A stretch of 64,000 bases of DNA from NCBI GenBank assembly GCA_963713825.1, contig CAVQNG010000003.1, positions 992,001-1,056,000 of the forward strand, written 5' to 3'. The notes beneath the pieces were generated by a model that searched no databases, was not told where the DNA came from, and worked only from the letters and a program-made list of their open reading frames with translations. Origin of the DNA: an uncultured Acidobacteriota bacterium (lineage in GTDB: Bacteria; Acidobacteriota; Thermoanaerobaculia; Multivoradales; JAHEKO01). The position numbers and the translations under genes were made by a program. Every line of letters begins with the position of its first letter. Positions within the stretch are counted from its first letter, which is position 1. Of the stretch, positions 29,987 to 40,341 are shown piece by piece.

Positions 29987-30700
29987 GTGGAGACGACCCT
30001 GTTCTATGTTATCGCCGGGTTGGTCTTTCTGTTCTCTCTCGGAGTCCGCCAGCATCTGAAGTCGACGTACAGTCGCTGGAGTCAGGTTCGCAGCGCAACC
30101 GGGAAACCGGGCGGTCAGGTGGCCCGGATCATCCTCGACTCCAATCGGCTCCAGGCCGTGCCGGTCGAGCCCGTTCAGGGCAAGCTCACCGACCACTACG
30201 ACCCTCGTCACAAGCTGCTGCGTCTTGCCAGGGAGAATTATGTCGGCAACAGCGTCGCCGCCACTGCGGTCTCGGCGCACGAGTGCGGCCACGCCTTGCA
30301 GGATGCTGACAACTATCGCCCGATGGAGTTTCGAACGGCCATGGTCCCAATCGCCAATCTCGGGTCCCGGTTCGGGATACCGCTGGCCATCTTTGGATCC
30401 ATGTATGGATCGACGGCGATGGTGCAGATCGGGACTCTGGCCTATGTCGGCGCGATCCTGCTCACGTTCTCGACCCTTCCGGTGGAGTTCAATGCGAGCA
30501 AGCGTGCGCTCAACCAACTCGACCGGCTCGATCTCATCTCACCCGATGGTCAGGAGGGCGCGGAGAAAGTGCTCAGGGCAGCCGCCATGACGTACGTGGC
30601 AGGTGTGGCGTCGTCGGCCTGGTACTTGGTGTATCTGGTGTTCGCTGGCGGGCGTTCGCTCCTGGGACGGCCCAAGCCACCGCCGGTGCCCCCGGCCTGA
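29987..30700 (+). CDS. Membrane zinc metallopeptidase (YugP / Zn_peptidase_2 family)
   Basis: LTDHYDP, AHECGHALQ, TLPVEFNAS.RA, VLRAAAMTYVA. Confidence 0.9.
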   Translation: METTLFYVIAGLVFLFSLGVRQHLKSTYSRWSQVRSATGKPGGQVARIILDSNRLQAVPVEPVQGKLTDHYDPRHKLLRLARENYVGNSVAATAVSAHECGHALQDADNYRPMEFRTAMVPIANLGSRFGIPLAIFGSMYGSTAMVQIGTLAYVGAILLTFSTLPVEFNASKRALNQLDRLDLISPDGQEGAEKVLRAAAMTYVAGVASSAWYLVYLVFAGGRSLLGRPKPPPVPPA

Positions 30701-30734
30701 GGGGGAATTGCATCGAGACAAGAGGACGCCTCTC

Positions 30735-32570
30735 ATGGACAGTGACCAGAAGCTCAAGGCCCGGTTCTCGGTTCTCTACGTCGTCGGAGCCCTTCTCGCG
30801 GTGCTTCTCCTCCAGGAGTACGTGATCGGACCGATGGTGGCCGGCGAGGAAGAGGTTCCGTACAGCCAGTTTCGCCAGGATCTGGCGGACGGCACGATTG
30901 CCGAGGTGACGGTCGAGCCGGAACGGATTCTCTACACGGTCTCCCAGTCGGGCGACGCAACCGATGAGACAGCAACGGAGCGCAAAGTCGTCGGGATCGA
31001 GGACGACGATCTGGTCGAGGAGCTCGTCGACGCCGGAGTCGAGTTTCAGGCTCGAGCGCAGTCCAAGAGTCTTGTGGAGTCGCTGTTCGGGTGGATCCTG
31101 CCGGTTCTGCCGTTCGTGGTGATCTGGTGGTTCCTGATGAAACGGATGGGGAAGGGCGCCGGGGGCATGCTGTCGATCGGCAAGAGCAAGGCCACCGAGA
31201 TCTCCGGCGAGATGACCAACGTGACTTTCGCCGATGTCGGCGGTGCCGAGCAGGTCGAGGTCGAGCTCAGGGAGATCATCGAGTTCTTGAATCACCCGGA
31301 GCGCTTCGTCGCGGTGGGAGCGAAGCTGCCGAAGGGCATCCTGCTTGTGGGTCCGCCCGGCACTGGCAAGACGCTTCTTGCCAAGGCCACGGCCGGCGAG
31401 GCCGGTGTGCCCTTCTTCTCGATCAGTGGATCGGAGTTCGTCGAGATGTTCGTCGGGGTGGGTGCTTCGAGGGTGCGTGACCTCTTCGATCAGGCGAAGG
31501 CGAAAGCTCCGGACATCATCTTTATCGACGAGATCGACGCCATCGGGCAGTCCCGCTCGGGTGCTGTGGCCATGCGCTCCAACGACGAGCGCGAGCAGAC
31601 GCTGAACCAACTCCTGTACGAGATGGACGGTTTCGACTCCAACGAGGGCGTCGTCATCATGGCCGCTACCAATCGACCCGAGGTTTTGGACAAAGCCTTG
31701 CTGCGGGCCGGCCGGTTCGACTGGCAGATCGAGGTGCCGTTGCCGACCGAAAAGGGGCGACTCCAGATTCTCCAGATTCACGCCAAGAACGTGGCCATGG
31801 CTGCCGATGTGGATCTGGATCGGATGGCACAGATCACGGCCGGTTTCTCGGGCGCCGATCTCGCCAACCTGGTCAACGAAGCCGCGCTGCTGGCTGTGCG
31901 AAGAGGAGAGCAGACGGTCACCATGGCCGATTTCGATCTCGGGATCGAGCGGGTCGTTGCCGGTCTGCAGCGAGACATGCCCCTTGATGGGGAGATTCGA
32001 ACGATGGTGGCCTACCACGAAGGGGGGCACGCCCTGGTGTCGCAGCTGTTGCCGCTGACGGACAGGGTCCACAGGGTGAGCATCATCCCGACCTCCAAGG
32101 GGGCACTCGGGTACACCATGGAATTGCCGGAAGAGGATCGGCATCTGATGACCAAACCAGCGCTCGAGCAACGCCTGGCGGTCATGTTGGGTGGCCGCGC
32201 CGCCGAGAGCCTGACCTTTCAGCAGACCTCTACCGGTGCCTCCAACGATCTCGAGCGAGCTACCGACCTCGCTCGACGGATGGTCACCGAGTTCGGGATG
32301 TCGAAGGCCCTCGGGCCGGTGCGCTACGCGGCTCCGGCCGGCTCCGGCTATCTCGGCGGCCAGGCGGCGACCCGAAACCTGAGCCCCGAGATCGAGAACC
32401 TGATCGACACCGAGATGCGGCGGCTACTCGATGATGCCGAGGCAACGGCTCTCGAGTTGATCGGAACCCACGAAGCTGAACTCAACGAGATTGCCCGCGT
32501 CCTCCAGGAGGACGAGGTGATTGACGGTGATACCCTGGCGCGAATCGTCGCGGAGAAGCCGGCAACGTGA
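30735..32570 (+). CDS. ftsH: ATP-dependent zinc metalloprotease FtsH (likely a paralogue)
   Basis: Two N-terminal TMs, [45 protein letters not shown]. Confidence 0.93.
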   Translation: MDSDQKLKARFSVLYVVGALLAVLLLQEYVIGPMVAGEEEVPYSQFRQDLADGTIAEVTVEPERILYTVSQSGDATDETATERKVVGIEDDDLVEELVDAGVEFQARAQSKSLVESLFGWILPVLPFVVIWWFLMKRMGKGAGGMLSIGKSKATEISGEMTNVTFADVGGAEQVEVELREIIEFLNHPERFVAVGAKLPKGILLVGPPGTGKTLLAKATAGEAGVPFFSISGSEFVEMFVGVGASRVRDLFDQAKAKAPDIIFIDEIDAIGQSRSGAVAMRSNDEREQTLNQLLYEMDGFDSNEGVVIMAATNRPEVLDKALLRAGRFDWQIEVPLPTEKGRLQILQIHAKNVAMAADVDLDRMAQITAGFSGADLANLVNEAALLAVRRGEQTVTMADFDLGIERVVAGLQRDMPLDGEIRTMVAYHEGGHALVSQLLPLTDRVHRVSIIPTSKGALGYTMELPEEDRHLMTKPALEQRLAVMLGGRAAESLTFQQTSTGASNDLERATDLARRMVTEFGMSKALGPVRYAAPAGSGYLGGQAATRNLSPEIENLIDTEMRRLLDDAEATALELIGTHEAELNEIARVLQEDEVIDGDTLARIVAEKPAT

Positions 32571-32595
32571 ACCTGCTGAATCTTAGGAAACGCTC

Positions 32596-34035
32596 ATGAA
32601 ACGAAGGACCAGAAAGATGTGGATCGTGATTGCTTTGATTGTCGTTGCTCATATTGCCGGCTTCTTGTCGTCGATCAACGCCGTGATGAGCACCCGTACC
32701 TCGCAGGGGGCGATCGCGTGGGCGGTGTCGCTCAATACGTTCCCCTACCTGGCGGTGCCGGCTTATTGGGTGCTCGGGCGAAGCCGTTTCGAAGGGTACG
32801 TCGATGCCAGGCAGGGCGGTGATGAAGAGATCCGACATATCGCCGTGCGGGCCGGGGAGCAGGTGAAGCATGCGCGCTCGACTCGATCGCAGGAGAGTCA
32901 GTGGTCGGCCGCTGGTGAGCGGATCGCGAGAATCCCCTATTTGACCGGCAATGAAGTCGAGCTGCTGGTGGACGGACAGGAGACCTTCGACAACATCTTC
33001 GCTGGGATCGAGGCCGCCAAGGAGTACATCCTGGTGCAGTTCTTTATCGTCAAGGACGATGAGATCGGGCGCGACCTCCACGCGAGGCTCGTAGCCAAGG
33101 CCAAAGAGGGGGTGCGTGTCTACTTTCTTTACGATGAAGTCGGCAGCAACTCCCTGACCAAGACCTACATCAACGAGCTGCGGGAAGCTGGGGCTGAAAT
33201 CGTCGACTTCCACACCCGCAAGGGCCCTGGCAACCGCTTTCAGATCAACTTCCGCAATCACCGCAAGATCGTCGTGGTGGACGGCCACACCGCCTGGGTT
33301 GGCGGTCACAACGTTGGTGATGAGTACATGGGTCGCGATCCCGAGTTCGGCCACTGGCGAGACACGCATGTCAGGATTACGGGGCCTGCGGCGCTCGCTG
33401 TTCAGCTGACCTTCCTCGAAGACTGGTACTGGGCCACCGGTAAGACTCTGGAAATCGGCTGGTCGCCTCATCTCCCAGGAGGGGAGGGCAAGGATGTGCT
33501 GATCTTCCCGACGGGTCCCGCAGACCGTCTGGAGTCGGCAACCCTGTTGTTTCTGGCCGGCATCAACTCCGCTCGGGAGAGGATCTGGATCGCGAGCCCC
33601 TATTTCGTACCTGACGAGTCGCTGATGAACGCTCTGCACCTGGCCGCCCTGAGGGGCGTCGATGTGCGCATCATCATCCCGGACAAGGCAGATCACACAC
33701 TGGTATGGCTCGCCGCCTACTCGTACTTCGAGGAGGCTTCAGAGACGGGTATCCGATTCTTTCGGTACATGGACGGCTTCCTGCACCAGAAAGTGGTGCT
33801 GATCGACGACGGCATGAGCGCTGTCGGCACCGCCAACTTCGACAACCGTTCGTTCCGGCTCAACTTCGAGATCATGGCGGTTGTCGCCGACGAGGCATTC
33901 GCTACGGAGATCGAGCAGATGCTCCTCGCCGATATGGAAAAATCGGTGGAGATGCAGCCAGGAGACCTCGCCAATAAGTCCTTCTGGTTCAGGCTCGGTA
34001 CCCGGCTGGCACGGTTGACATCGCCTGTTCAGTAA
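32596..34035 (+). CDS. cls: Cardiolipin synthase
   Basis: Two HKD motifs (NHRKIVVVDG; LHQKVVLIDD) and NFDNRSFRLNFE. Confidence 0.92.
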   Translation: MKRRTRKMWIVIALIVVAHIAGFLSSINAVMSTRTSQGAIAWAVSLNTFPYLAVPAYWVLGRSRFEGYVDARQGGDEEIRHIAVRAGEQVKHARSTRSQESQWSAAGERIARIPYLTGNEVELLVDGQETFDNIFAGIEAAKEYILVQFFIVKDDEIGRDLHARLVAKAKEGVRVYFLYDEVGSNSLTKTYINELREAGAEIVDFHTRKGPGNRFQINFRNHRKIVVVDGHTAWVGGHNVGDEYMGRDPEFGHWRDTHVRITGPAALAVQLTFLEDWYWATGKTLEIGWSPHLPGGEGKDVLIFPTGPADRLESATLLFLAGINSARERIWIASPYFVPDESLMNALHLAALRGVDVRIIIPDKADHTLVWLAAYSYFEEASETGIRFFRYMDGFLHQKVVLIDDGMSAVGTANFDNRSFRLNFEIMAVVADEAFATEIEQMLLADMEKSVEMQPGDLANKSFWFRLGTRLARLTSPVQ

Positions 34036-34052
34036 AGACAGGGTACTGTCCT

Positions 34053-34111
34053 GAGAGGTGCCGGCCGATTCTGGGCATCGGCCCGCGGTTCCAATATTCG
34101 GTTGGTACCCT
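34053..34111. repeat. Miniature palindrome of the GGTGCC end-motif family (family 3)
   Basis: GGTGCCGGCCGA pairs with TCGGTTGGTACC (12 bp, with G-U pairs). The left arm matches the transposase end motif. Confidence 0.6.
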
Positions 34112-34125
34112 GGCTAGGAGGGTGA

Positions 34126-36693
34126 ATGCAACTCGTCAGAAGCAGTCGTTTCCTGTGCCCGCGCATCATGGCAGCCGGGTCAATAGCGCTCCTGTGCTTG
34201 GCGGTTGCCGTACCTGGAACGGCTCAGTTTGCCGAGCAGCCCTCCGAAGCGACGCCGTCGCCAACGCAGCAGCCGCCGCCGCCACCTGAGCCGAAGCCGA
34301 TCCCTGCCTCGGACATTCCGTCCCGAGCGGCCGCGGCCGCCGACATTGCACGCGAGGCCGTCACCAATGCTGCACCCGACGCCCGAGTCCAGGACATCCA
34401 ACAGGGCTTTCCTGCCGAGCAGGCAAGAATCAACCAACTCCGCGAAGCAACCACGAAACAGCTGAAGGCTCCCGGGCCGGCGTCGACAATCAAGGAAACC
34501 CAGAACGCCGTCGCGCGATCGCGCGATCGACTCGACCGCTGGCTGGCGGATCTGTCGACGCGGTCGAGCGCCCTCGACACTACCCTCGAGGACCTTCAAA
34601 GTCGAACCTCGATCTGGCGGCTCACTCGTGACAACGAGTCCGCGGCCGCGCTGCCGGAAGAGTTGATTCAGCAAGTTGCGGACACCATCGAGGCTCTCAC
34701 CGACGCCGAGAACCAGGTGCTGTCCGCGAGAGACTCGATCCTCGGCCTGCAGGCGAGCATCGCGCAGGAGAAGAGCGGCGTGGACGCGTTGCTGGCCGAC
34801 CAGCAGAGCGAGATTTCCAAGCGGACCAAGGGCCTGTTCGGCATCGATAGCCCCCCGTTGTGGAAGGCCTTCGGGGGCGAGGGTGATTCCGGCGACGCTT
34901 TGAGCCAGTTCGCGGCGATCCAGCAGGAGCATTGGCGATCGCTTGAGAGCTACGTGACCGAGCAGGGGTGGTCGCTCCTGATTTGGATACTGATGTGGCC
35001 TGCGCTCGCCCTGCTGATGGTCGCCATGAAGCGCAAGGCAACGGTTTGGGTGCAGCAGGACACCTCTCTGCAGAGGGCGGTCGAGGTGCTGAGTAGGCCG
35101 GTGTCGGCGGCTCTTGCCGTGACAGCGATCCTCAACGAATCCCTGCAGCCAAAGGCCCCGAGTGTGTGGGTCGTCGTGGTCAGCCTGGCCCTGGTAGTGG
35201 CGCTGCTGAGGTTGCTCCCCGTGTTGCTGCCCCAGTCGATGAGCCTGGCCTCTGTTCTGGTCGCGCTGCTCTACCTCATGCGACGGGCAGTCAGGCTGGC
35301 GCCTGAGGGGTTCGTCGTCCACCGGTTGGCACTACTGTTCCTGGCGGCCGTGGGTATCGTGACCTGTGTCTGGGTGATCCACGTTCTGAAGACGGATCCC
35401 GGGAGGCTGTCGAAGGCCTGGCATCGTGCTGTCCTTCTTGGTGCGCGTGCGGCACTTGCCCTGTTTACAGTCGGCGCGCTCGCGGATGTCATCGGCAGCG
35501 TCGAGTTCTCGGCGCTGGCGCTCACGGGAACGGCATACGCCTTGCTCGCCGCCGTCTTGATCTGGGTGGTGAGTGTGATTCTACGGTCGATGGTGCGGAT
35601 CGTGCTCCTTTCCGACGCTGCTCGCCGGTCGGGGATTGCGCCGGACCATTCGGAGACGGTCCGCAGGACGGTCTTCCGCTTCATCAGCGTCTTGGCGGTG
35701 GTCTGGTGGGTGGTGGCTGTGCTCAAGAGCTTTTTCCTCTTGGACCCCCTGCTCCTCGACGTTCGTCATGCCCTCGATTGGAAGCTCGCGGTCGGTGAAT
35801 TCTCCATAGCTCCCGGCGACATTCTGATCTTCGGTTTCACCATCTGGCTGTCGATGAAGCTCGCCACCTTCGTCCAGTTCATCCTCAACGTCGATCTGCT
35901 GCCCCGGGTCGATCTGCCCCGCGGTGTGCCCCAGACGATCTCGCGACTGGCGCGTTACGCGGTGATCACTGTCGGAGCTGTGGTCGCGAGTGCGGCAGCC
36001 GGCCTGGATATCAGCAAGGTCACGATCATCGTCGGAGCACTCGGTGTAGGCATCGGCTTCGGACTGCAGAACATCGTCAACAACTTCGTATCGGGCCTGA
36101 TCCTGCTCTTCGAACGACCGATCCGGGTTGGCGATACGCTCGACCTCCACAACACCGGCGGCGTGGTGGAGACGATCGGCATGCGGGCCAGCATCGTCAA
36201 CACCTGGGAGGGGGCCGAGATCATTGTCCCCAACGCCAACTTGATCTCGGAAGATGTCGTCAACTGGACCCTGACCCATGACCGCCGGCGCATCTCACTT
36301 CCGGTGGGAGTGGCCTATGGCACCGACCCCGAGAAGGCCGCGCAACTGATCGTCGATGTCGCCCACGATCACAAAGCTGTCGACGCCAGCCCCAAGCCGA
36401 TCTGCCTGTTCGTCGGGTTCGGCGACAGCTCGCTCGATCTCGAGCTGCGCGCCTGGGCCGCAGGGTCGGACTTCCTGCAAGTTGCCAGCGACCTGCGGTT
36501 CACCATTGTTCGCAAATTGACCGAGGCCGGGATCGAGATCCCCTTCCCCCAACGCGAGATCCACCTCCACAACTCCACGCAGGTGCCAGCCGTTTCTGAA
36601 ACCGCAGCCGAATTGACCACCGATTCGAGCTCCAAGCCGGGCCCAGGGGCAGAGCAAAAGACCGTCGAATCGAAGGAGAGGACTGATGATTAG
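34126..36693 (+). CDS. Large MscS-family mechanosensitive channel (MscK-like)
   Basis: Periplasmic coiled-coil, multiple TMs, GVGIGFGLQNIVNNFVSGLILLFERPIRVGD, IEIPFPQRE. Confidence 0.9.
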   Translation: MQLVRSSRFLCPRIMAAGSIALLCLAVAVPGTAQFAEQPSEATPSPTQQPPPPPEPKPIPASDIPSRAAAAADIAREAVTNAAPDARVQDIQQGFPAEQARINQLREATTKQLKAPGPASTIKETQNAVARSRDRLDRWLADLSTRSSALDTTLEDLQSRTSIWRLTRDNESAAALPEELIQQVADTIEALTDAENQVLSARDSILGLQASIAQEKSGVDALLADQQSEISKRTKGLFGIDSPPLWKAFGGEGDSGDALSQFAAIQQEHWRSLESYVTEQGWSLLIWILMWPALALLMVAMKRKATVWVQQDTSLQRAVEVLSRPVSAALAVTAILNESLQPKAPSVWVVVVSLALVVALLRLLPVLLPQSMSLASVLVALLYLMRRAVRLAPEGFVVHRLALLFLAAVGIVTCVWVIHVLKTDPGRLSKAWHRAVLLGARAALALFTVGALADVIGSVEFSALALTGTAYALLAAVLIWVVSVILRSMVRIVLLSDAARRSGIAPDHSETVRRTVFRFISVLAVVWWVVAVLKSFFLLDPLLLDVRHALDWKLAVGEFSIAPGDILIFGFTIWLSMKLATFVQFILNVDLLPRVDLPRGVPQTISRLARYAVITVGAVVASAAAGLDISKVTIIVGALGVGIGFGLQNIVNNFVSGLILLFERPIRVGDTLDLHNTGGVVETIGMRASIVNTWEGAEIIVPNANLISEDVVNWTLTHDRRRISLPVGVAYGTDPEKAAQLIVDVAHDHKAVDASPKPICLFVGFGDSSLDLELRAWAAGSDFLQVASDLRFTIVRKLTEAGIEIPFPQREIHLHNSTQVPAVSETAAELTTDSSSKPGPGAEQKTVESKERTDD

Positions 36694-37966
36694 AACCAAG
36701 TCGATGCTATGGCCGCTTGTGGGCCTGTGTATTTCCCTCATGATCCCGGTGAGCGCTGGCGCGGCCGGGGCCAAGAAGAACGACAGGTGCGAGGGTACGA
36801 AGAAGCAGCGCAAGCAGAAGATGGAGCTGCGAAGTCTCACCGATTACCAACTCGAGCAGCTGGACGAGGAATACAAGAAGACCATTGCTGCCGACCATGA
36901 GCGGATGGCGGAGACGGTTCTGCGCCGGCTCGAGCGTGAATACAAAGAGCACCAAGAATCAGGAAAGCCCTTCATCTACGATATTCTGGTCATCTCGGGT
37001 GGAGGGGAGAAGGGGGCTTTCGGAGCCGGTTTCCTCGAGGGCTGGGGCACGATCGAATCAGGCCCGGCGGTGAGGCCGGAATTCGATGTGGTCACAGGTG
37101 TCAGCACCGGAGCCCTGATTGCGCCGTTCGCATTCGCCGACACCCAGGAAGAATACGTCGAGGTTTCCAAGTTCTACGCCAACCCCGAGCCGAATTGGGT
37201 CAAGAAGCGTGGGAAACTCGCGCTCCTTCCCCACCACGTCTCGATATTCAACGACTGTCACCTTCAGGACACCGTCCGGAAGGCGGTCGATCCGGCGCTT
37301 GTTGCGGCCGTAGCGCAGGGTGCGGAAAAGGACCGATTGCTGCTGATTGGCACTACGAATCTCGATGCAGGCCGAGGGCGCGCCTTCGACCTGAGTAAAG
37401 AGGCGCAGGCCGCACCCGAGGCCGGACCGTTCGAACGCTTCAACTCGATCCTACTGGCCTCGAGCGCGATACCGACGGTCTTTCCCCCGGTCGAGATCGA
37501 TGGGATGTACTACGCCGATGGGGGTGCCACCTCCAATCTATTTCTCGTCGTATTCTCCAGAAGCGCAGGACCGCTCGACAAGTTCGTGGCGCGGCACCCG
37601 GAAGCGCCCAAGCCGAAGCTCCGCATCTGGGTCGTAGTCAACGAGCGGCTGGTCCTGGCACCGGAGGTCACTCAACCGAGATGGATGGCCGTGGCGGCCA
37701 GGGCTCTGGGTACCTTGACGATGTCGAACGAGCTGTTCGCGTTGAACCTGATCAAGGACGTCGTGGAGGACTACCGCGATACTCGTGGAGTCGATGCCGA
37801 GTTTCGCATGGTGGCGATCCCTGCAGATGCCCCGTACCCCGAGACCGATGCCATGTTCGACAAGAAGTACATGTTGCTCTTGGAAGAGCTCGGCCGAAAC
37901 TTGGGTACCGATCCATCGGTCTGGACAACCAAAGTGCCTTCGGCCTACTCGTTCCGACTGGACTGA
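36686..37966 (+). CDS. Secreted patatin-like phospholipase
   Basis: ISGGGEKGAFGAG, GVSTG, ASSAIP.VFPP, DGG. Confidence 0.85.
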   Translation: MIRTKSMLWPLVGLCISLMIPVSAGAAGAKKNDRCEGTKKQRKQKMELRSLTDYQLEQLDEEYKKTIAADHERMAETVLRRLEREYKEHQESGKPFIYDILVISGGGEKGAFGAGFLEGWGTIESGPAVRPEFDVVTGVSTGALIAPFAFADTQEEYVEVSKFYANPEPNWVKKRGKLALLPHHVSIFNDCHLQDTVRKAVDPALVAAVAQGAEKDRLLLIGTTNLDAGRGRAFDLSKEAQAAPEAGPFERFNSILLASSAIPTVFPPVEIDGMYYADGGATSNLFLVVFSRSAGPLDKFVARHPEAPKPKLRIWVVVNERLVLAPEVTQPRWMAVAARALGTLTMSNELFALNLIKDVVEDYRDTRGVDAEFRMVAIPADAPYPETDAMFDKKYMLLLEELGRNLGTDPSVWTTKVPSAYSFRLD

Positions 37967-38016
37967 CAAGAGGTGGTTCGAAGGCTGAATCCGGCATTCC
38001 TAGCCGGGTCGATCCC

Positions 38017-38058
38017 CCGAAGAGGTGCCCCCCGGAGAATCGGCTGGCACCTTTCTGG
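38017..38058. repeat. Miniature joined-end palindrome (family 3)
   Basis: CCGAAGAGGTGCCCCCCGGA followed by GAATCGGCTGGCACC: left-end-like and right-end-like arms of the 39098..40341 element, fused. Confidence 0.7.
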
Positions 38059-38078
38059 CTTCGGGACCTCTTGCTTCC

Positions 38079-39074
38079 TCAACAGTTGGGTTCGGTCTCG
38101 GTCTTCCACTCCGACAGCTTCTCAGCGATCCTGATCTTCAGCTCTTCCTTGGCCGGTAGCGCCTGCCGGTAGATCTCGTCCGCCCTGTAGAACTGCAGGG
38201 TGCGGATGTCGCTGAGCTCGGGTTTGAAATAGATATCGGGAGGGTGTATCTCGATCTCTCGATCCATGATCGCCTGCTGCATGATCTGGACGGAACCGAA
38301 AACGGTGTCGAAGTACCCGGGCACCGACCCTGGTTCGGCTGGGCTTGGGCCGTTGATGTCGACAGCGATCACGAGGTCACAGGAATCCGTCAATACGTCG
38401 TAGGGCACCGGATTCACCGTGCCTCCGTCGATGAGCACGCGCCCGCCGAGCTCGACCGGCGAGAAGAGACCGGGCAGTGCCATACTGGCCTGGACGGCCG
38501 GTTGCAGCGGCCCGGAGTCGAGGACGACGGTTCGGCGCTCCCAGAAGTCGGTGGCGACCACGGTCAACGGTACGACGAGCTCCTCGAACGTCGTGCCCTG
38601 TTGGTCCTCGAACAACTGGGCCATGATCGACGTGCTCTCGATGAGTCCGCTGTTCTGAAAGTCGGCGTCGATCATCCTCATCCACTTCCTGATCTTCCGG
38701 TTGGCGACCACGCCACGGAGCGTGTCACTCTTGGTAATCGCCAGACGGGCGAGTTTCTCCTTCATCTCCAATGGCGACAGCCCCGAGGCATAGAGTGCAC
38801 CCATCACCGCACCGATGCTGCAGCCGGCTACTCGGTGGGGGACGATCCCGAGCTCGTCCAGTGCTTCGAGCATCGCAACATGAGCGATGCCCTTGGCACC
38901 GCCCGCACCGAGAGCGATCCCGATCTTCGGTTGCGAATCCGGTTCCGGGTGGCGTTTCTGTGGACCAGGATCCGTGGAGGATTTGGCCAGGGGCATCCTG
39001 CCTGTTCCAAACCGAGTGACTGCAGTCGCTGCCGCGAGCCCACGCATGAATGACCTACTCTTGATCTGCATCAT
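38079..39074 (-). CDS. Patatin-like phospholipase (RssA/NTE-like)
   Basis: LGAGGAKGIAH, GCSIG, ASMALPGLF.P, DGG..NPVP. Confidence 0.88.
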   Translation of the reverse strand: MMQIKSRSFMRGLAAATAVTRFGTGRMPLAKSSTDPGPQKRHPEPDSQPKIGIALGAGGAKGIAHVAMLEALDELGIVPHRVAGCSIGAVMGALYASGLSPLEMKEKLARLAITKSDTLRGVVANRKIRKWMRMIDADFQNSGLIESTSIMAQLFEDQQGTTFEELVVPLTVVATDFWERRTVVLDSGPLQPAVQASMALPGLFSPVELGGRVLIDGGTVNPVPYDVLTDSCDLVIAVDINGPSPAEPGSVPGYFDTVFGSVQIMQQAIMDREIEIHPPDIYFKPELSDIRTLQFYRADEIYRQALPAKEELKIRIAEKLSEWKTETEPNC

Positions 39075-39097
39075 GGTCTGCTGATGCTACCTGAGCT

Positions 39098-40341
39098 CCG
39101 AAGAGGTGCCACCCGAATCTGAAAGATGTTGGGGGTTTACAGCGTCCTATGATTTATGTCTAGGAGATTACGGTTCATCCCAGAAGGCGGTGCCCTGGTT
39201 GAGGTGACGTGCCGGACCATTCAGGGGCGTTTTCTGCTGAAGCCGTCCGAGGAGCTGCGGTCCATCGTCATCGGGGTCCTGGCACGGGCGCAGAGGCTCT
39301 TCCCGATTGAGCTCCATGCCTTTGTCTTTCTCTCGAATCACTATCACCTTCTCTTGAGTGCGCAGAACGCCCATCAGCTAGCGCGATTCATGAATTACCT
39401 CAACTCGAATCTGGCGCGAGAAGCAGGCCGAGTACATGGCTGGAGAGAGAAGTTCTGGAGTCGCAGATACCAGGCGATCGTTGTCAGTGAAGAAGAGGCC
39501 GCTCAGACAGGTCGCCTGCGGTATCTGTTGTCCCATGGGTGTAAAGAGGGTCTCGTGTCTCGGCCACGAGAGTGGCCTGGAGCCCATTGCGCAGAGGCGC
39601 TGGTCGAAGGCCGGTTGCTCGAGGGTTTGTGGTTTGACCGCAGCCAGGAGTACGCGGCGCGAACCCGACGAGAAGAGATTGACCGCCTCGCGTACGCAAC
39701 GGCTGAAACGATACGGCTCGAACCCTTGCCCTGCTGGCAACATCTCTCGGAGGAGATGTACCGATGCCGGGTCGGTGAGCTAATCCTGCAGATCGAGGCA
39801 GAAACCGCCGAACTCCATGCCAAGGAGGGAACCCAGCCTCTGGGAGTCGGTGCCGTCTTGGCCCAGAATCCCCACGACAGGCCCCTGAGGTCGAAGAAGG
39901 CCTGGGCGCCGGCATTTCATGCGGCTACAAAGGTAGCCCGCAGAGAACTGGTCGAGGCCTATGGCTGGTTTCTGGGTGCCTATCGCGAGGCTGCGGAGAA
40001 GCTATGCTGCGGCGACCTCGGAGCGAGTTTTCCCGAGGGATGCTTTCCTCCACGACTTCCCTTTGTCGGATGGGTCCCTGACTTGGCGCCTGGCTAGCGA
40101 TAGGTCGGCATCTCATCGGAACGTTTGGCAGATCAGAGAGCACGAGGCAGTTCGTGGCAAGAGGCTTCATGTGTAGACCGCCCCCGGTCGACGCACTCAC
40201 TGTCCCCTTTGGAGACTCAGCTCCGTCGATTCCCCTCTATTGCCGCTTCGAATCGATGACCACGGAGTCCGACAGTGGATGAATCGTGGCCTTATACCGG
40301 TCAAGGTTGCCAACGTCCAGATTCGGCTGGCACTTCTTCAG
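39098..40341 (+). mobile_element. Putative HUH-transposase element bounded by 26-bp imperfect inverted repeats
   Basis: Left CCGAAGAGGTGCCACCCGAATCTGAA (39098-39123) versus reverse complement of 40316-40341, CTGAAGAAGTGCCAGCCGAATCTGGA: 22/26 identical. Confidence 0.65.
39156..40097 (+). CDS. Y1/HUH transposase, RAYT-like (IS200/IS605 TnpA superfamily) with C-terminal extension
   Basis: EVTCR, HAFVFLSNHYHLL (HUH), FWSRRY, RYLLSHGCKEGLV..P.EW. Confidence 0.85.
   Translation: MSRRLRFIPEGGALVEVTCRTIQGRFLLKPSEELRSIVIGVLARAQRLFPIELHAFVFLSNHYHLLLSAQNAHQLARFMNYLNSNLAREAGRVHGWREKFWSRRYQAIVVSEEEAAQTGRLRYLLSHGCKEGLVSRPREWPGAHCAEALVEGRLLEGLWFDRSQEYAARTRREEIDRLAYATAETIRLEPLPCWQHLSEEMYRCRVGELILQIEAETAELHAKEGTQPLGVGAVLAQNPHDRPLRSKKAWAPAFHAATKVARRELVEAYGWFLGAYREAAEKLCCGDLGASFPEGCFPPRLPFVGWVPDLAPG

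Noticed and set aside
30573-32171. Long antisense ORFs (e.g. 532 aa opposite ftsH; also opposite cls, mscS, copA)
   Set aside because: Shadow ORFs expected from high-GC codon bias opposite well-supported genes.
37967-37995. GGTTCGAA as a tRNA T-loop
   Set aside because: No cloverleaf or acceptor stem in the flanks.
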